Assembly (NCBI RefSeq): GCF_016127575.1
Contig: NZ_CP066018.1
Location: forward strand, 3,600,001 to 3,632,000
Direction of reading: 5' to 3'
Origin: Cupriavidus necator
Lineage (GTDB): Bacteria; Pseudomonadota; Gammaproteobacteria; Burkholderiales; Burkholderiaceae
DNA: 32,000 nt
Shown here: one piece after another, positions 1-8,044 of the stretch
Layout: the number at the start of each line of letters is the position of its first letter
Position numbering within the stretch: position 1 is the first letter of the stretch
Notes under the pieces: generated by a model
Seen by the model: only the letters and a program-made list of their open reading frames with translations
Told to the model about the DNA's origin: nothing
Databases searched by the model: none
Translations under genes and position numbers: made by a program

Positions 1-72
1 ATAGCCTTTCCACAGCGGAAGCCACATATCAAAATCGTAGTTATCAACGGCTTTGATCTCGACTGATTGCAT
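1..72 (-). CDS. First 24 codons of a probable GNAT-family N-acetyltransferase; the gene continues past the window start
   Basis: The reverse complement of 1-72 reads ATG... = MQSVEIKAVDNYDFDMWLPLWKGY. The D..W..LW.GY opening resembles GNAT N-termini. Only 24 aa are visible, so the family call is weak. Confidence 0.4.
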   Translation of the reverse strand, partial: MQSVEIKAVDNYDFDMWLPLWKGY

Positions 73-95
73 AGAATATTCCAGAAATAAAAGAT

Positions 96-109
96 GTGCA
101 TTCATGCAC
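96..109. promoter_or_regulatory. 14-bp palindrome GTGCAT-TC-ATGCAC about 24 bp upstream of the partial GNAT gene; possible operator
   Basis: Read directly: gtgcattcatgcac has 6-bp perfectly complementary arms. It sits in an AT-richer stretch in front of the ATG at 72. Confidence 0.2.
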
Positions 110-249
110 TGGCCGTCATCTCTGGCGGGCAGTAGTCGCTGCGTGAATGTTGCGCCCGTCTTTGGCCCGTGCATATTGGTAACTACCGTTCGCTGCAACG
201 TCTACGCAGCTCGTGGGGCCGCAGAGACCTTCCCTCGCCGGGCTTCTGG

Positions 250-945
250 CTAGGCCGCCGTCACTTCCAGCCCGCGCTGCACCGCCGGACGCGCGAGGCC
301 GCGATCGAGCCACATCTGCACATGAAGAAAGCGGTCGAAGCCAACAATCTCGCGCGCTTCGTAAAAGCCGATCAGGTTACGCACCCAACCAAGCAGCGAA
401 ATGTCGGCGATGCTATAGTCAGCGCCCATCACCCAGTCGCGGCCCGCGAGCCGTTCGTCGAGGACACCGAGCAGCCGCGCGGATTCGTTTGCGTAGCGGT
501 CGCGCGGGCGCTTGTCCTCATAGGCTTTGCCGGCGAATTTGTTGAAGAAGCCAACCTGGCCGAACATCGGTCCGACACCGCCCATCTGCCACATCAGCCA
601 CTGGATCGTTTCGTAGCGCGTGCGGGGATCGGTGGAGAGGAACTGCCCCGTCTTGTCGGCGAGATAGATCAGGATCGCTCCCGATTCGAACAAGGCCAGC
701 GGCCGTCCGCTCGGACCGTGAGGATCGTAGATCGCAGGAATCTTGCCATTGGGGTTGAGCGCGAGGAAGGCCGAATCGTGGTTCTCATTCGCCATGATGT
801 CGATGCGGTGCGCCTCATAGGCGAGGCCTGTCTCCTCCAGCATGATGCCGACCTTCACTCCGTTGGGCGTCGGTAAGGAAAAGAGCTGGAGCCGATCGGG
901 GTACTGCACCGGCCAGCGCGTGAAAATTGGATGATTGAGTGTCAC
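250..945 (-). CDS. Glutathione S-transferase, YfcG/Nu-class-like
   Basis: Track ORF 250..990. GST motifs are present: LQLFSLPTPNGVKVGIMLEETGL, LNPNGKIPAIYDP, SIADISL. I place the start at GTG 945 because a perfect AGGAGG (rc of 952-957) lies 6 nt upstream. The ATG at 990 has no such signal. Confidence 0.85.
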   Translation of the reverse strand: MTLNHPIFTRWPVQYPDRLQLFSLPTPNGVKVGIMLEETGLAYEAHRIDIMANENHDSAFLALNPNGKIPAIYDPHGPSGRPLALFESGAILIYLADKTGQFLSTDPRTRYETIQWLMWQMGGVGPMFGQVGFFNKFAGKAYEDKRPRDRYANESARLLGVLDERLAGRDWVMGADYSIADISLLGWVRNLIGFYEAREIVGFDRFLHVQMWLDRGLARPAVQRGLEVTAA

Positions 946-1094
946 TTTCTTCCTCCTAGACTCGTCGGTACATACGAAGAGCCTGGACACGTTTCCAAGA
1001 TTCTTTCTTGGGTGCGTCCAGGCTCTGGCGTTACGCTCGCATCAGATGACACCTTCCAGGACCCTCGGAGAGGGTCGATGCGGCCGGATAAAGT

Positions 1095-1643
1095 TCAGAT
1101 CGAGCCAGCCGGCGTGACGGCAGGAAAGTCCTTCTCGGGGTCGAACACGTTGTTGAAAAAATTCGTCAGGGAGTACATGGCCACCAGCGCGACGATCTCC
1201 ATGACGTTCGCATCCGTGTAGCCGGCATCGCGGACGGCTTTCAGATCGGCATCGCTGACGTTGCCCCGGGCCTCGATGACTTTGCGCGCAAACTGGAGGG
1301 CGGCGTCGCGCTTCGGGTCGCTGGCGTGACCCTTCCGAGCGAGAATGATTTCCTCGGCCGACAGCTTGGCCATATGCTCGGCCGTAAAGCTGTGAACTGT
1401 CAGGCAGTAGTTGCAGCCATTCACTTCGGAGACAGCGAGGCCGATGCCGTCACGCGTCTTCACGTCGAGCGCCTTGCTCAAGGAGCCGAGCAGAGTGGCC
1501 CATGCGTTGAACGCAATCGGGCTCTGCGCGAAGCTCGCCATCATGTTTGGGGTGAACCCAATGTTCTTGGTGAACGCATCGAGAGTCGGTTTCGAATCGG
1601 CCGGTACCTGCTCCGGCTTTAGAGCTACAGTTCTTGCCATCAT
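1095..1643 (-). CDS. Carboxymuconolactone decarboxylase / AhpD-like family protein (CxxC)
   Basis: 182-aa ORF with an AhpD-core pattern, SEVNGCNYCLTVH (CxxC). GGAG lies just upstream of the tandem ATG ATG. Confidence 0.85.
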   Translation of the reverse strand: MMARTVALKPEQVPADSKPTLDAFTKNIGFTPNMMASFAQSPIAFNAWATLLGSLSKALDVKTRDGIGLAVSEVNGCNYCLTVHSFTAEHMAKLSAEEIILARKGHASDPKRDAALQFARKVIEARGNVSDADLKAVRDAGYTDANVMEIVALVAMYSLTNFFNNVFDPEKDFPAVTPAGSI

Positions 1644-1743
1644 AATCTCCGTGAGTTACACGTTTTGCTAATTGGGGAAAGTCCATGTGGGAACCATTCC
1701 TCGGCTTACTTCGTACCCAAGTCTTGGGTCGAAGCTGGTCATG

Positions 1744-1786
1744 CCTTCAAGTAGGAGGTACCTTGCGGCCGCCTCTCACTTGAAGG
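1744..1786 (-). terminator. Hairpin with 9-bp perfect arms (CCTTCAAGT ... ACTTGAAGG), 42 nt downstream of the nitroreductase stop
   Basis: The arms at 1744-1752 and 1778-1786 are exact reverse complements. No U-tract follows, so this is a terminator or a regulatory hairpin; which one is uncertain. Confidence 0.35.
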
Positions 1787-1827
1787 TCGCTTAGTCGTTC
1801 GGCGCGATCACTGCCGCCGGGACGCAC

Positions 1828-2514
1828 CTATACCAAATCCAACACATCGTCCACCGGACGGCGCGGCTTCTGCGCCCAGTTTCCCGGGCGCTCTGCCCCG
1901 ATGGACAACAGCATGACTGGCACTTCGTTTGCAGCCAGTCCGAACTCGCGGTGCACCGCTTCGGCATCGAAACCGATCATCGGCGTCGAACCCAGGCCCA
2001 GCGAGCGGGCCGCATAGATCATCGCCGCCGCGCCGAAGGTGCCAGTGCGTACGGCCTCGTCGCGCTGGCGCTGCGGGTAGTGCATGTACAGATCGCGTGC
2101 GGGGATTTCCCATTCAGCCACCATCGTTTCCGGCATAACGCCTGCTTCAACCAACGGAGCCAGGCGCTCCGGTATTACGCTGGAATCGGCCAATTGGCCG
2201 CAGACGATGAAGGTAACGGCGGCATCGGTGATCGCAGGTTGATTCCAGGCGATCGGACTCAGCCGAGCCTTGGCTTCACGTGTGCGCACGGCGATGAAGC
2301 GCCAGTTCTGCAAGTGGAAGGATGTCGGCGCGGCGGTGCCGATTCGCACCAGCTCGCGGATTTGGTCGTCATTCAAGATGGCGGCAGGGTCGTAATACTT
2401 GGCGGCGCTGCGGCTCAAGATACATTCGATGACAGCATTGGTTTTGGTAGTTTCGTTGGGCATAGCGGTGGCGCCGGTGGCGGACTCGATGGCGGGAATA
2501 GCGATACGGCTCAT
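1828..2514 (-). CDS. Nitroreductase family protein
   Basis: 228-aa ORF with nitroreductase-fold motifs: SRSAAKYYDP, APTSFHLQNWRFIAV, GLGSTPMIGFD. AAGGG lies 8 nt before ATG 2514. An alternative start is ATG 2463 (MPNETTK). Confidence 0.85.
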   Translation of the reverse strand: MSRIAIPAIESATGATAMPNETTKTNAVIECILSRSAAKYYDPAAILNDDQIRELVRIGTAAPTSFHLQNWRFIAVRTREAKARLSPIAWNQPAITDAAVTFIVCGQLADSSVIPERLAPLVEAGVMPETMVAEWEIPARDLYMHYPQRQRDEAVRTGTFGAAAMIYAARSLGLGSTPMIGFDAEAVHREFGLAANEVPVMLLSIGAERPGNWAQKPRRPVDDVLDLV

Positions 2515-2823
2515 GGTGCGACCCTTTCATCAGGTGGTTAGGAGCCTCCACTTTAGGCGTACCCGATACCGATTTCGAGACTACCTTTGCTCAATAAAAT
2601 GCCCAAAAGGATCAAAACAACGAGGCGCCCCATCATCCACTTTCGGCGCGGCAATGAAGAGCGACGTTTGCGGTACGGTTCCCGAATGGGGTCATGCAGC
2701 AGCGGTACTCGCACATGACGTACCAGGCCGGCACCCCGCGGTGATTGGCACCGCCGAAGCCCGGTACGCCACCGATTTCCTCGACGACCTGGAGTCTTTC
2801 ACCGTGCCCGAGCTGGGCATCCA

Positions 2824-3129
2824 ATGGTGACGAGGACCAGAGTGCGCCGGTGGAAGTCACTGGGCGTGAGTCGGCACGCTAAGGTTACGAGCCGGGGGCA
2901 ATTGGACATCGTCAGCACAGTCAACGGCTGGTACATCGGGAACATTCTGTTTGGCGGCGTAATTGGCTTGCTGGCCGTTGACCCGGCTACAGGTGCTATG
3001 TATTCGTTCCCGGATTCCGTCAACGCGACGTTGAATGTTTCGGAGAAGACGGTCGCTGGTTCAGCGCAATCCTTGACCATCGTCTCGACGGAAAGCATGA
3101 CGCCCGAAGCCATGAAGAATGCCCGCTAG
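2824..3129 (+). CDS. Small conserved hypothetical protein (NGWYIGNILFGGVIGLLAVDPATGAMY motif), possibly an N-terminally truncated lipoprotein gene
   Basis: 101-aa ORF followed by a good intrinsic terminator. The G-rich membrane-proximal motif resembles a family of small lipoproteins, but no signal peptide or lipobox is present. Upstream frames look scrambled. Confidence 0.4.
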   Translation: MVTRTRVRRWKSLGVSRHAKVTSRGQLDIVSTVNGWYIGNILFGGVIGLLAVDPATGAMYSFPDSVNATLNVSEKTVAGSAQSLTIVSTESMTPEAMKNAR

Positions 3130-3173
3130 GTCGTTGCGCCGAAGTAAATCGCTTCGCGCTGTTGTCCGGTAAT

Positions 3174-3200
3174 GCCGGCACAAGGTGGCGGCGTTTTTTT
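3174..3200 (+). terminator. Rho-independent terminator (GCCGGC-N7-GGCGGC followed by T7)
   Basis: gccggcacaaggtggcggcgttttttt read directly, 45 nt after the stop at 3129. Confidence 0.6.
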
Positions 3201-3827
3201 GGAAATAGGGAGCATCACCGGTGGGGCCTGCTGCACGGGGACATAAGTGCAGAAGCGCTCCGCCCGAATGCGCAGAGGCAGACTCGGATCGAAGGGCTGT
3301 TCGGGGTCGGCAAGAGCCACTGACAACCGGGTTGAATCCTTGCAACGAGAAGTGCGCAAAACGGCGCCTGCATTGCAGTCCAGCTATTTCCGGTTCCTCA
3401 CAGCAACACTTGGTGGTGCCCGGGAATTCGTCAGGACTTGTCAGGGGACTCCGTCGCCGCTCGCGGGTCTGAGAACGGCAATTTTACGACCTGGTCCTGA
3501 CGCGAAATGTGTGAGGTCCCCCTACTTTGGAAACAACCGGTTCTTAGGCGTAATAATAACTGCGCGTTATCGTGCCCTATCGCAACGTCCCGACTCGCCG
3601 GCCTCATGTTCTTTCTGACCCCCGTGCCAAGGCAACGGTTACTGACAGGAATGGCGGATGCGCAACGGCAGTAGCCGGCTGTGGATTCAACCGGTCTCCG
3701 ATCGCCGATGACAGAATGGCCGATGAGCGGTCGTCCGATGCAACAGAGAGCGATAGCCGCAACCAATCCAAAGCAGTCGTCTGCAAGCCGTAGTGTGACA
3801 ATCACGGTTGGTGGTGAAAGTTTGTCA

Positions 3828-3957
3828 CTACAGGATGAAGCCGCACGCGCTGCCACGTTGCTGCCAGCCGGCAAGGATCGCCCGGGTGCTGAAGTTGCGA
3901 TCGGCGATCCACAACTCGCCAGGCTGGGCCGATTCGAGATCGTTGCGCTGTATCCAA
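3828..3957 (-). pseudogene. Scrap of an IS4-family-like transposase, cut off by the IS66 end at 3958
   Basis: The minus-frame peptide ...QPGELWIADRNFSTRAILAGWQQRGSACGFIL resembles the LWIADRNFCT region of IS4-family DDE transposases. Stops follow immediately and there is no recognisable continuation. Confidence 0.3.
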
Positions 3958-4025
3958 GTAAGCGGCCAGTTGCCCCATCTTGAATCGATTGAAGCGATGA
4001 AGCATCGTCCCCACGAAGGAGGATC

Positions 4026-4430
4026 GTGGATACGATGGATCAAGTGTCGACAGTTGAGCGGCCGCACCGGCGGGAGTACAGCGCCGAATTCAAGGCCATG
4101 GTTCTGGAGCAGGTTCGCCAGCCAGGTGCTTCGATGGCGGGGGTCGCGCTCAGCCACGCGCTGAACCCGAACATGGTGCACCGATGGATGCGCGAGGACC
4201 GTCAGCGGCAGATGCTGACGGCGCTGAGCGAGGGCCACGCGTTTGTTCCGCTACAGATGAACGCTCTGTCCCCTGTCACGGGGGAGGTGCTACCGTGTAA
4301 GACGCCGGCGGCGGCAACGCCCGAGACCATCCGCATGGAGATACAGCACGCAGGCGGCACGCTGGTTGTGCACTGGCCTCTGTCAGCGGCCCAGCAGTTT
4401 GCCCAACTGCTTCGGGACTGGTTGCGATGA
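4026..4430 (+). CDS. IS66-family accessory protein TnpA (IS3/IS911-type HTH)
   Basis: The 134-aa ORF RREYSAEFKAMVLEQVRQPGASMAGVALSHALNPNMVHRWMRE is typical of IS66 orf1. AAGGAGG lies 4 nt before GTG 4026. Confidence 0.8.
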   Translation: MDTMDQVSTVERPHRREYSAEFKAMVLEQVRQPGASMAGVALSHALNPNMVHRWMREDRQRQMLTALSEGHAFVPLQMNALSPVTGEVLPCKTPAAATPETIRMEIQHAGGTLVVHWPLSAAQQFAQLLRDWLR

Positions 4431-4858
4431 TCCGCATTGACGCGCCATGGTTGGCGGTCGAGCCCATCGACATGCGTGCCGGAAGCGAGCGGTTGCTGGC
4501 CCGCGTGGTGCAGGTCTTCGGCGCAGCCCAGGCTCATAGGCGTCGGTACGACGAGCTGCTACGGAACCAGCGCGGCAGCACGGTCGCGCCAGAGGCGCTG
4601 CGTCGCATTGCGCAGATCTACCGCCTTGAGCGCGAGCTCGCCTCCCTCAGCAGCGAACAACGTCTGGTCAGAAGGTACAGCGACGCCAAGCCGTTGTGGG
4701 AGGAACTGCATGCCTGGCTGCAGCTGGAGCGGTCACGTGTACCCGATGGTGGCATCACGGCCAAGGCGCTCGACTACAGCCTCAAGAACTGGGCGGCGCT
4801 GACGCACCACCTCCTCGATGGGGAGGTCAGCGTGGACAACAACAGCCTGGAAAAAAAA
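4427..4858 (+). pseudogene. Chimeric IS66 ORF: about 37 aa of the TnpB N-terminus fused in frame to a C-terminal segment of the TnpC transposase
   Basis: MIRIDAPWLAVEPIDMRAGSERLLARVVQVFGAAQAH is TnpB-like. It is followed directly by ...IAQIYRLERE...AKALDYSLKNWAALTHHLLDGEVSVDNNSLE, which matches the TnpC C-terminal region. The frame then runs into the ISL3 inverted repeat. Confidence 0.7.
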
Positions 4859-6042
4859 GGTTCAACGAGGAATTCCGGGGAACGCCGCCTTGATCTTTAG
4901 GAAGAAGTATTCCTCGTCACGGTAGCCGTAGGCTCGGCGCTTGATGACTTTGATGGTGTTGTTGATGCCCTCAACGACGCTTGTGTTCAGCGGGTGCCGG
5001 CATCGAGCGATGATGCCGTACCAATAGGTCTGCAAGCGCTGCGCGAACAACTGCAGGGCTGGAATCCGGCTCTGCCTTGCCTGGGCGCACCAATGCTCCC
5101 AAGCCTTCTGGGCCCATGCGGGACGGCGGTAGAACCACAGCCGCTTGAGTTCGTCCTTCAGGATGTAGACGGTCAGCAACGGTTGATTGGCCTGCAGCAC
5201 GTCATTCAAATGCACGGCTTGAGTGTCGCTCAGGTTTTCCTTGTTGCGCAGCAGCAGCCAGCGCGTGGATTTGAGTACCCGTCTGGCTGGACGGTCGTGC
5301 CGCAGGCGATTGGCTTGGTCCACACGGACCCGGTCGATCACCTCGCGCCCATACTTGGCTACCACGTGGAAGAGGTCGAAGACCACCTCAGCCTGCGGGC
5401 GATGCTCCCGGATCTCCAGTTCATAGGCAGTTGTCATGTCGATGGCAACGGCTTCGATGCGCTTGGCTACTCCCGCCGGGAGCTGCTCAAAGAAGGCCCG
5501 TGCTGTCTCGCGCGAGCGGCCCTGACCGATCCAGAGCACTTGCCGCCCGATCGGATCGACGACGACCGTGGCATAGCGATGGCCCTTGTGCAGCGCGAAT
5601 TCGTCCATGGCCAGGTACGCAGTAGCTGACCGCAAGCCTGAGCTAGACGGGCCGTGACACGCTGGTAGCGGCCAAGCCATTCCAAGCGTTCCAGGCGCGG
5701 GCCACCGCATTGGTCGCACCACACCCGGCGCCGGGGAACGTGCAGCACGACCCGGTACTCGAACAGCGGAAGATCCCGCACGCGCCGCACCACCGTCTCA
5801 TGGACCTGCCGGCACTTCGACCCGCATTCCTCGCAGTACATGACTTTGCTGACCGGCTTGAGGTACAGCGCTAGCGTCGGCTTTCCCCTTCAGGCCACAC
5901 CACCCGTTCCAGCTTGTAGCCATCCCAGCAGCCCAACGCCTGTAGCGTTTTCCGATCCAGCATCCCGTTCCCTAATCGCCGTCTTAACGGCCATTAGGAT
6001 ACGGAATGTGGCAATTCAGTCCCCGGAATTCTTCGAAGAACC
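4859..6042 (-). mobile_element. ISL3-family insertion sequence with 25-bp imperfect terminal inverted repeats, nested in the IS66 remnant
   Basis: The left end is GGTTCAACGAGGAATTCCGGGGAAC (4859-4883). The rc of the right end is GGTTCTTCGAAGAATTCCGGGGACT (6018-6042). They match at 20 of 25 positions and enclose the ISL3 transposase reading frames. Confidence 0.85.
4862..5963 (-). pseudogene. ISL3-family transposase, disrupted by two frameshifts and an internal deletion
   Basis: Three frames are needed. MLDRKTLQALGCWDGYKLERVVWPEGE runs from ATG 5963. After a shift near 5885 comes ...LYLKPVSKVMYCEECGSKC...RLAQACGQLL. After a shift near 5617 comes ...YLAMDEFALHKGHRYATVVVD...EGINNTIKVIKRRAYGYRD. 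The segment normally found between the HTH and the MDEF motif appears to be missing. Confidence 0.8.
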
Positions 6043-6172
6043 AAAAATGAGGCGAGCACTGCCTTCGTGGCGCCCGTTTTGTATCGCAATGTGTCAGCCG
6101 TTAGCGCGAACACATGCGCTTACGAAAACCCCGCCTGGCCGATACATCGCTAACACGTCACGCTGCTCAAAT

Positions 6173-6198
6173 GGCGTTACCGGATGCCGGTAATCGCC
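6173..6198. promoter_or_regulatory. Extended palindrome GGCG-TTACCGG-ATG-CCGGTAA-(T)CGCC upstream of the cupin/epoxide-hydrolase pair; possible operator
   Basis: The 7-bp perfect arms at 6177-6183 and 6187-6193 are flanked by GGCG/CGCC with a one-base bulge. The site lies 55-75 bp before ATG 6252. Confidence 0.25.
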
Positions 6199-6251
6199 CT
6201 GTCACGCATCAGCTCACTTACGCATGCTCCCGGGCATGAAAGGACTTCCAA

Positions 6252-6653
6252 ATGAAAACGACTCGATTCATGGCGACGGCGTTGCTGGTCGTCGGTAGCA
6301 GCATCGCGATGCAAGCGGCCCAGGCGCAGGCCGTGGGTATCCATCGCACGGACCTGCTGAAGCAGGACATCAGCGTGCCCGGACGCGAGGCCGTCCAGGT
6401 GCGAGTCGACTTCGATTCGGGCGCGTTTGCCCCGAAGCACTCTCATCCGGGCGAAGAAGTCGCCTTTGTTCTCGAAGGCACGCTGGAGTACCAGCTCGGG
6501 GACCAGCCGCCGGTCACGCTCAAGGCCGGCGACAGCTTGTTCATCCCTTCGGGAACGGCTCACTCGGCAAGGAATGTCGGCACCGGCAAGGCGGCGGAAC
6601 TCGCTACCTATATTGTCAAGAAAGGGGCTCCGCTGGCCGTACCGAGCAAGTGA
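6252..6653 (+). CDS. Exported cupin-domain protein
   Basis: 133 aa. The signal peptide is MKTTRFMATALLVVGSSIAMQAAQA. The cupin_2 motifs are HSHPGEEVAFVLEG and GDSLFIPSGTAHSARN. Confidence 0.85.
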   Translation: MKTTRFMATALLVVGSSIAMQAAQAQAVGIHRTDLLKQDISVPGREAVQVRVDFDSGAFAPKHSHPGEEVAFVLEGTLEYQLGDQPPVTLKAGDSLFIPSGTAHSARNVGTGKAAELATYIVKKGAPLAVPSK

Positions 6654-6706
6654 GCGCGACCTGAATGCACCGCGATATTGAAAACCAGAGCTCAAGAAGT
6701 GCGACC

Positions 6707-8035
6707 ATGAGTGCATCGGAATCTCCCAACGCTACCGTCCTGTCCCGCCGGGCCTTGTTGCTGAGCGGCGTGGCGGCGGCCGCCCTTGCGGCATTTCGTC
6801 CGGTAACGGCTGCTACCCGGTCCGATGCGGCGCAGGCCGCCGGGGCACAGGCCGCTGCCGCAGATGCCATCCGCCCGTTCCGCGTCAATGTTCCGCAAGC
6901 CGCGCTTACCGACCTGCGCCGCCGCCTGGCCGCGACGCGGTGGCCCGACGCCGAGACGGTCAGTGATCGCTCCCATGGCGTGCAGCTCACGAAGCTCCAG
7001 CCGCTTGTGCGCTACTGGCAGACGGGCTACGACTGGCGCAAGGCCGAGGCGAAGCTAAATGCCTTGCCGCAGTTCCTGACCAATATCGACGGCTTGGATA
7101 TTCATTTCATCCACGTGCGCTCCCGTCATCCCAACGCATTGCCGCTGATCATGACCCACGGCTGGCCGGGTTCGGTGTTCGAGTTGCTGAAGGTGATCGG
7201 TCCGCTGACCGATCCGACGGCGCACGGCGGCACTGCCGACGATGCCTTCCACCTGGTGCTGCCTTCCCTGCCTGGCTTCGGCTTTTCGGAGAAGCCCAAG
7301 GGCACCGGCTGGAATCCGGACCGGATCGGCCGCGCCTGGGGCGTCCTGATGAAGCGCCTGGGATATTCGCGCTACGTCTCGCAAGGCGGCGACTGGGGCG
7401 CCATCATTTCCGATGCCATGGGCCGCCAGGCGCCTGCGGGCCTGCTCGGTATCCACGTCAACCGGATCGAGCGCGCGACCACGCTCCCGCCGGAAATTGC
7501 CAGGGCGCTCAAGAGCGGCGATCCTGCCCCGGAGGGCCTGACTGCCGAAGATCAGGCGGTATTCGACCAAGCGCGGGAGTTCCTCAACAAAGGCTTCGGC
7601 TACGCCGCCATCATGGGGACGCGCCCGCAAACACTGGGCTACAGCCTCTCTGACTCGCCCGTGGGACTGGCGGCGTGGATCTATGACAAGATCGCCGACT
7701 GGGTCTACACCCGAGGCGACCCGGAGCGCGCGCTGACCCGCGACGAACTGCTCGACAACATCACGCTCTACTGGCTGACCAACACCGGGCCGTCGAGCGG
7801 GCGCATCTACGCGGAGAGTAATCCTGGCGCGGCCAGCGGGACCGGCATCTCGATCCCCGCTGCCGTAACAATCTTCCCCGGCGAGGTCTACAGGCCGCCG
7901 AAGCACTGGGCAGCACGGACCTATCGCAACCTGGTCTACTACAACCGCGTAGACAAGGGCGGCCACTTCGCGGCCTGGGAAGAGCCGGGGCTGTTCAGCG
8001 CCGAGGTGCGCGCCGCGTTCCGGTCCCTGCGCTGA
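6707..8035 (+). CDS. Epoxide hydrolase (EHN N-terminal domain plus alpha/beta-hydrolase) with a twin-arginine signal
   Basis: Track ORF 6665..8035, with the start placed at ATG 6707 (MSASESPNATVLSRRALLLSGVAAAALAAF, Tat-like SRRALL). The EH motifs are IRPFRVNVPQAAL..L, HGWPGSVFE, GGDWGA and GGHFAAWEEP. Confidence 0.9.
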   Translation: MSASESPNATVLSRRALLLSGVAAAALAAFRPVTAATRSDAAQAAGAQAAAADAIRPFRVNVPQAALTDLRRRLAATRWPDAETVSDRSHGVQLTKLQPLVRYWQTGYDWRKAEAKLNALPQFLTNIDGLDIHFIHVRSRHPNALPLIMTHGWPGSVFELLKVIGPLTDPTAHGGTADDAFHLVLPSLPGFGFSEKPKGTGWNPDRIGRAWGVLMKRLGYSRYVSQGGDWGAIISDAMGRQAPAGLLGIHVNRIERATTLPPEIARALKSGDPAPEGLTAEDQAVFDQAREFLNKGFGYAAIMGTRPQTLGYSLSDSPVGLAAWIYDKIADWVYTRGDPERALTRDELLDNITLYWLTNTGPSSGRIYAESNPGAASGTGISIPAAVTIFPGEVYRPPKHWAARTYRNLVYYNRVDKGGHFAAWEEPGLFSAEVRAAFRSLR

Positions 8036-8044
8036 GCGCGGCGC

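Larger units (their letters stand above)
3958..4858 (+). mobile_element. IS66-family element remnant: left end, tnpA, and a deleted tnpB/tnpC; truncated by the ISL3 insertion
   Basis: GTAAGCGG at 3958 is the characteristic IS66 terminal sequence and lies 68 bp before tnpA. TnpA-, TnpB- and TnpC-like peptides follow in canonical order with the usual ATGA overlap at 4427-4430. Confidence 0.75.

Noticed and set aside
3130-3950. Possible group II intron RNA or other structured RNA, considered because an RT remnant exists elsewhere in the window
   Set aside because: I looked for a GUGCG-type 5' end paired with a domain V-like 34-nt hairpin (AGC...GNRA...) on both strands and found none. The ...cggtacggttc at about 2670 has no complementary 5' arm.
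4851-6050. Target-site duplication of the ISL3 element
   Set aside because: The flanks are both A-rich (aaaaaaaa on the left, aaaaatga on the right) but not identical. I cannot claim an 8-bp TSD. The right flank may have been altered by a later deletion, since the IS66 tnpC frame does not resume after 6042.
6115-6121. gcgctta-c as a candidate right end (rc GTAAGCG) of the IS66 element
   Set aside because: Only 7 nt match the left end, the adjacent bases do not extend the inverted repeat, and the 8-bp flanks (gtatccaa vs gaaaaccc) are not a target duplication.
7055-7966. 303-aa minus-strand ORF, plus similar long ORFs at 13127..14272, 17302..18153, 17691..19109, 21107..22168, 30104..31120, 8811..9647 and 10425..11165
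   Set aside because: All are antisense to, or out of frame with, motif-supported genes, and their translations are dominated by R, A, G and P. They are treated as high-GC artefacts.
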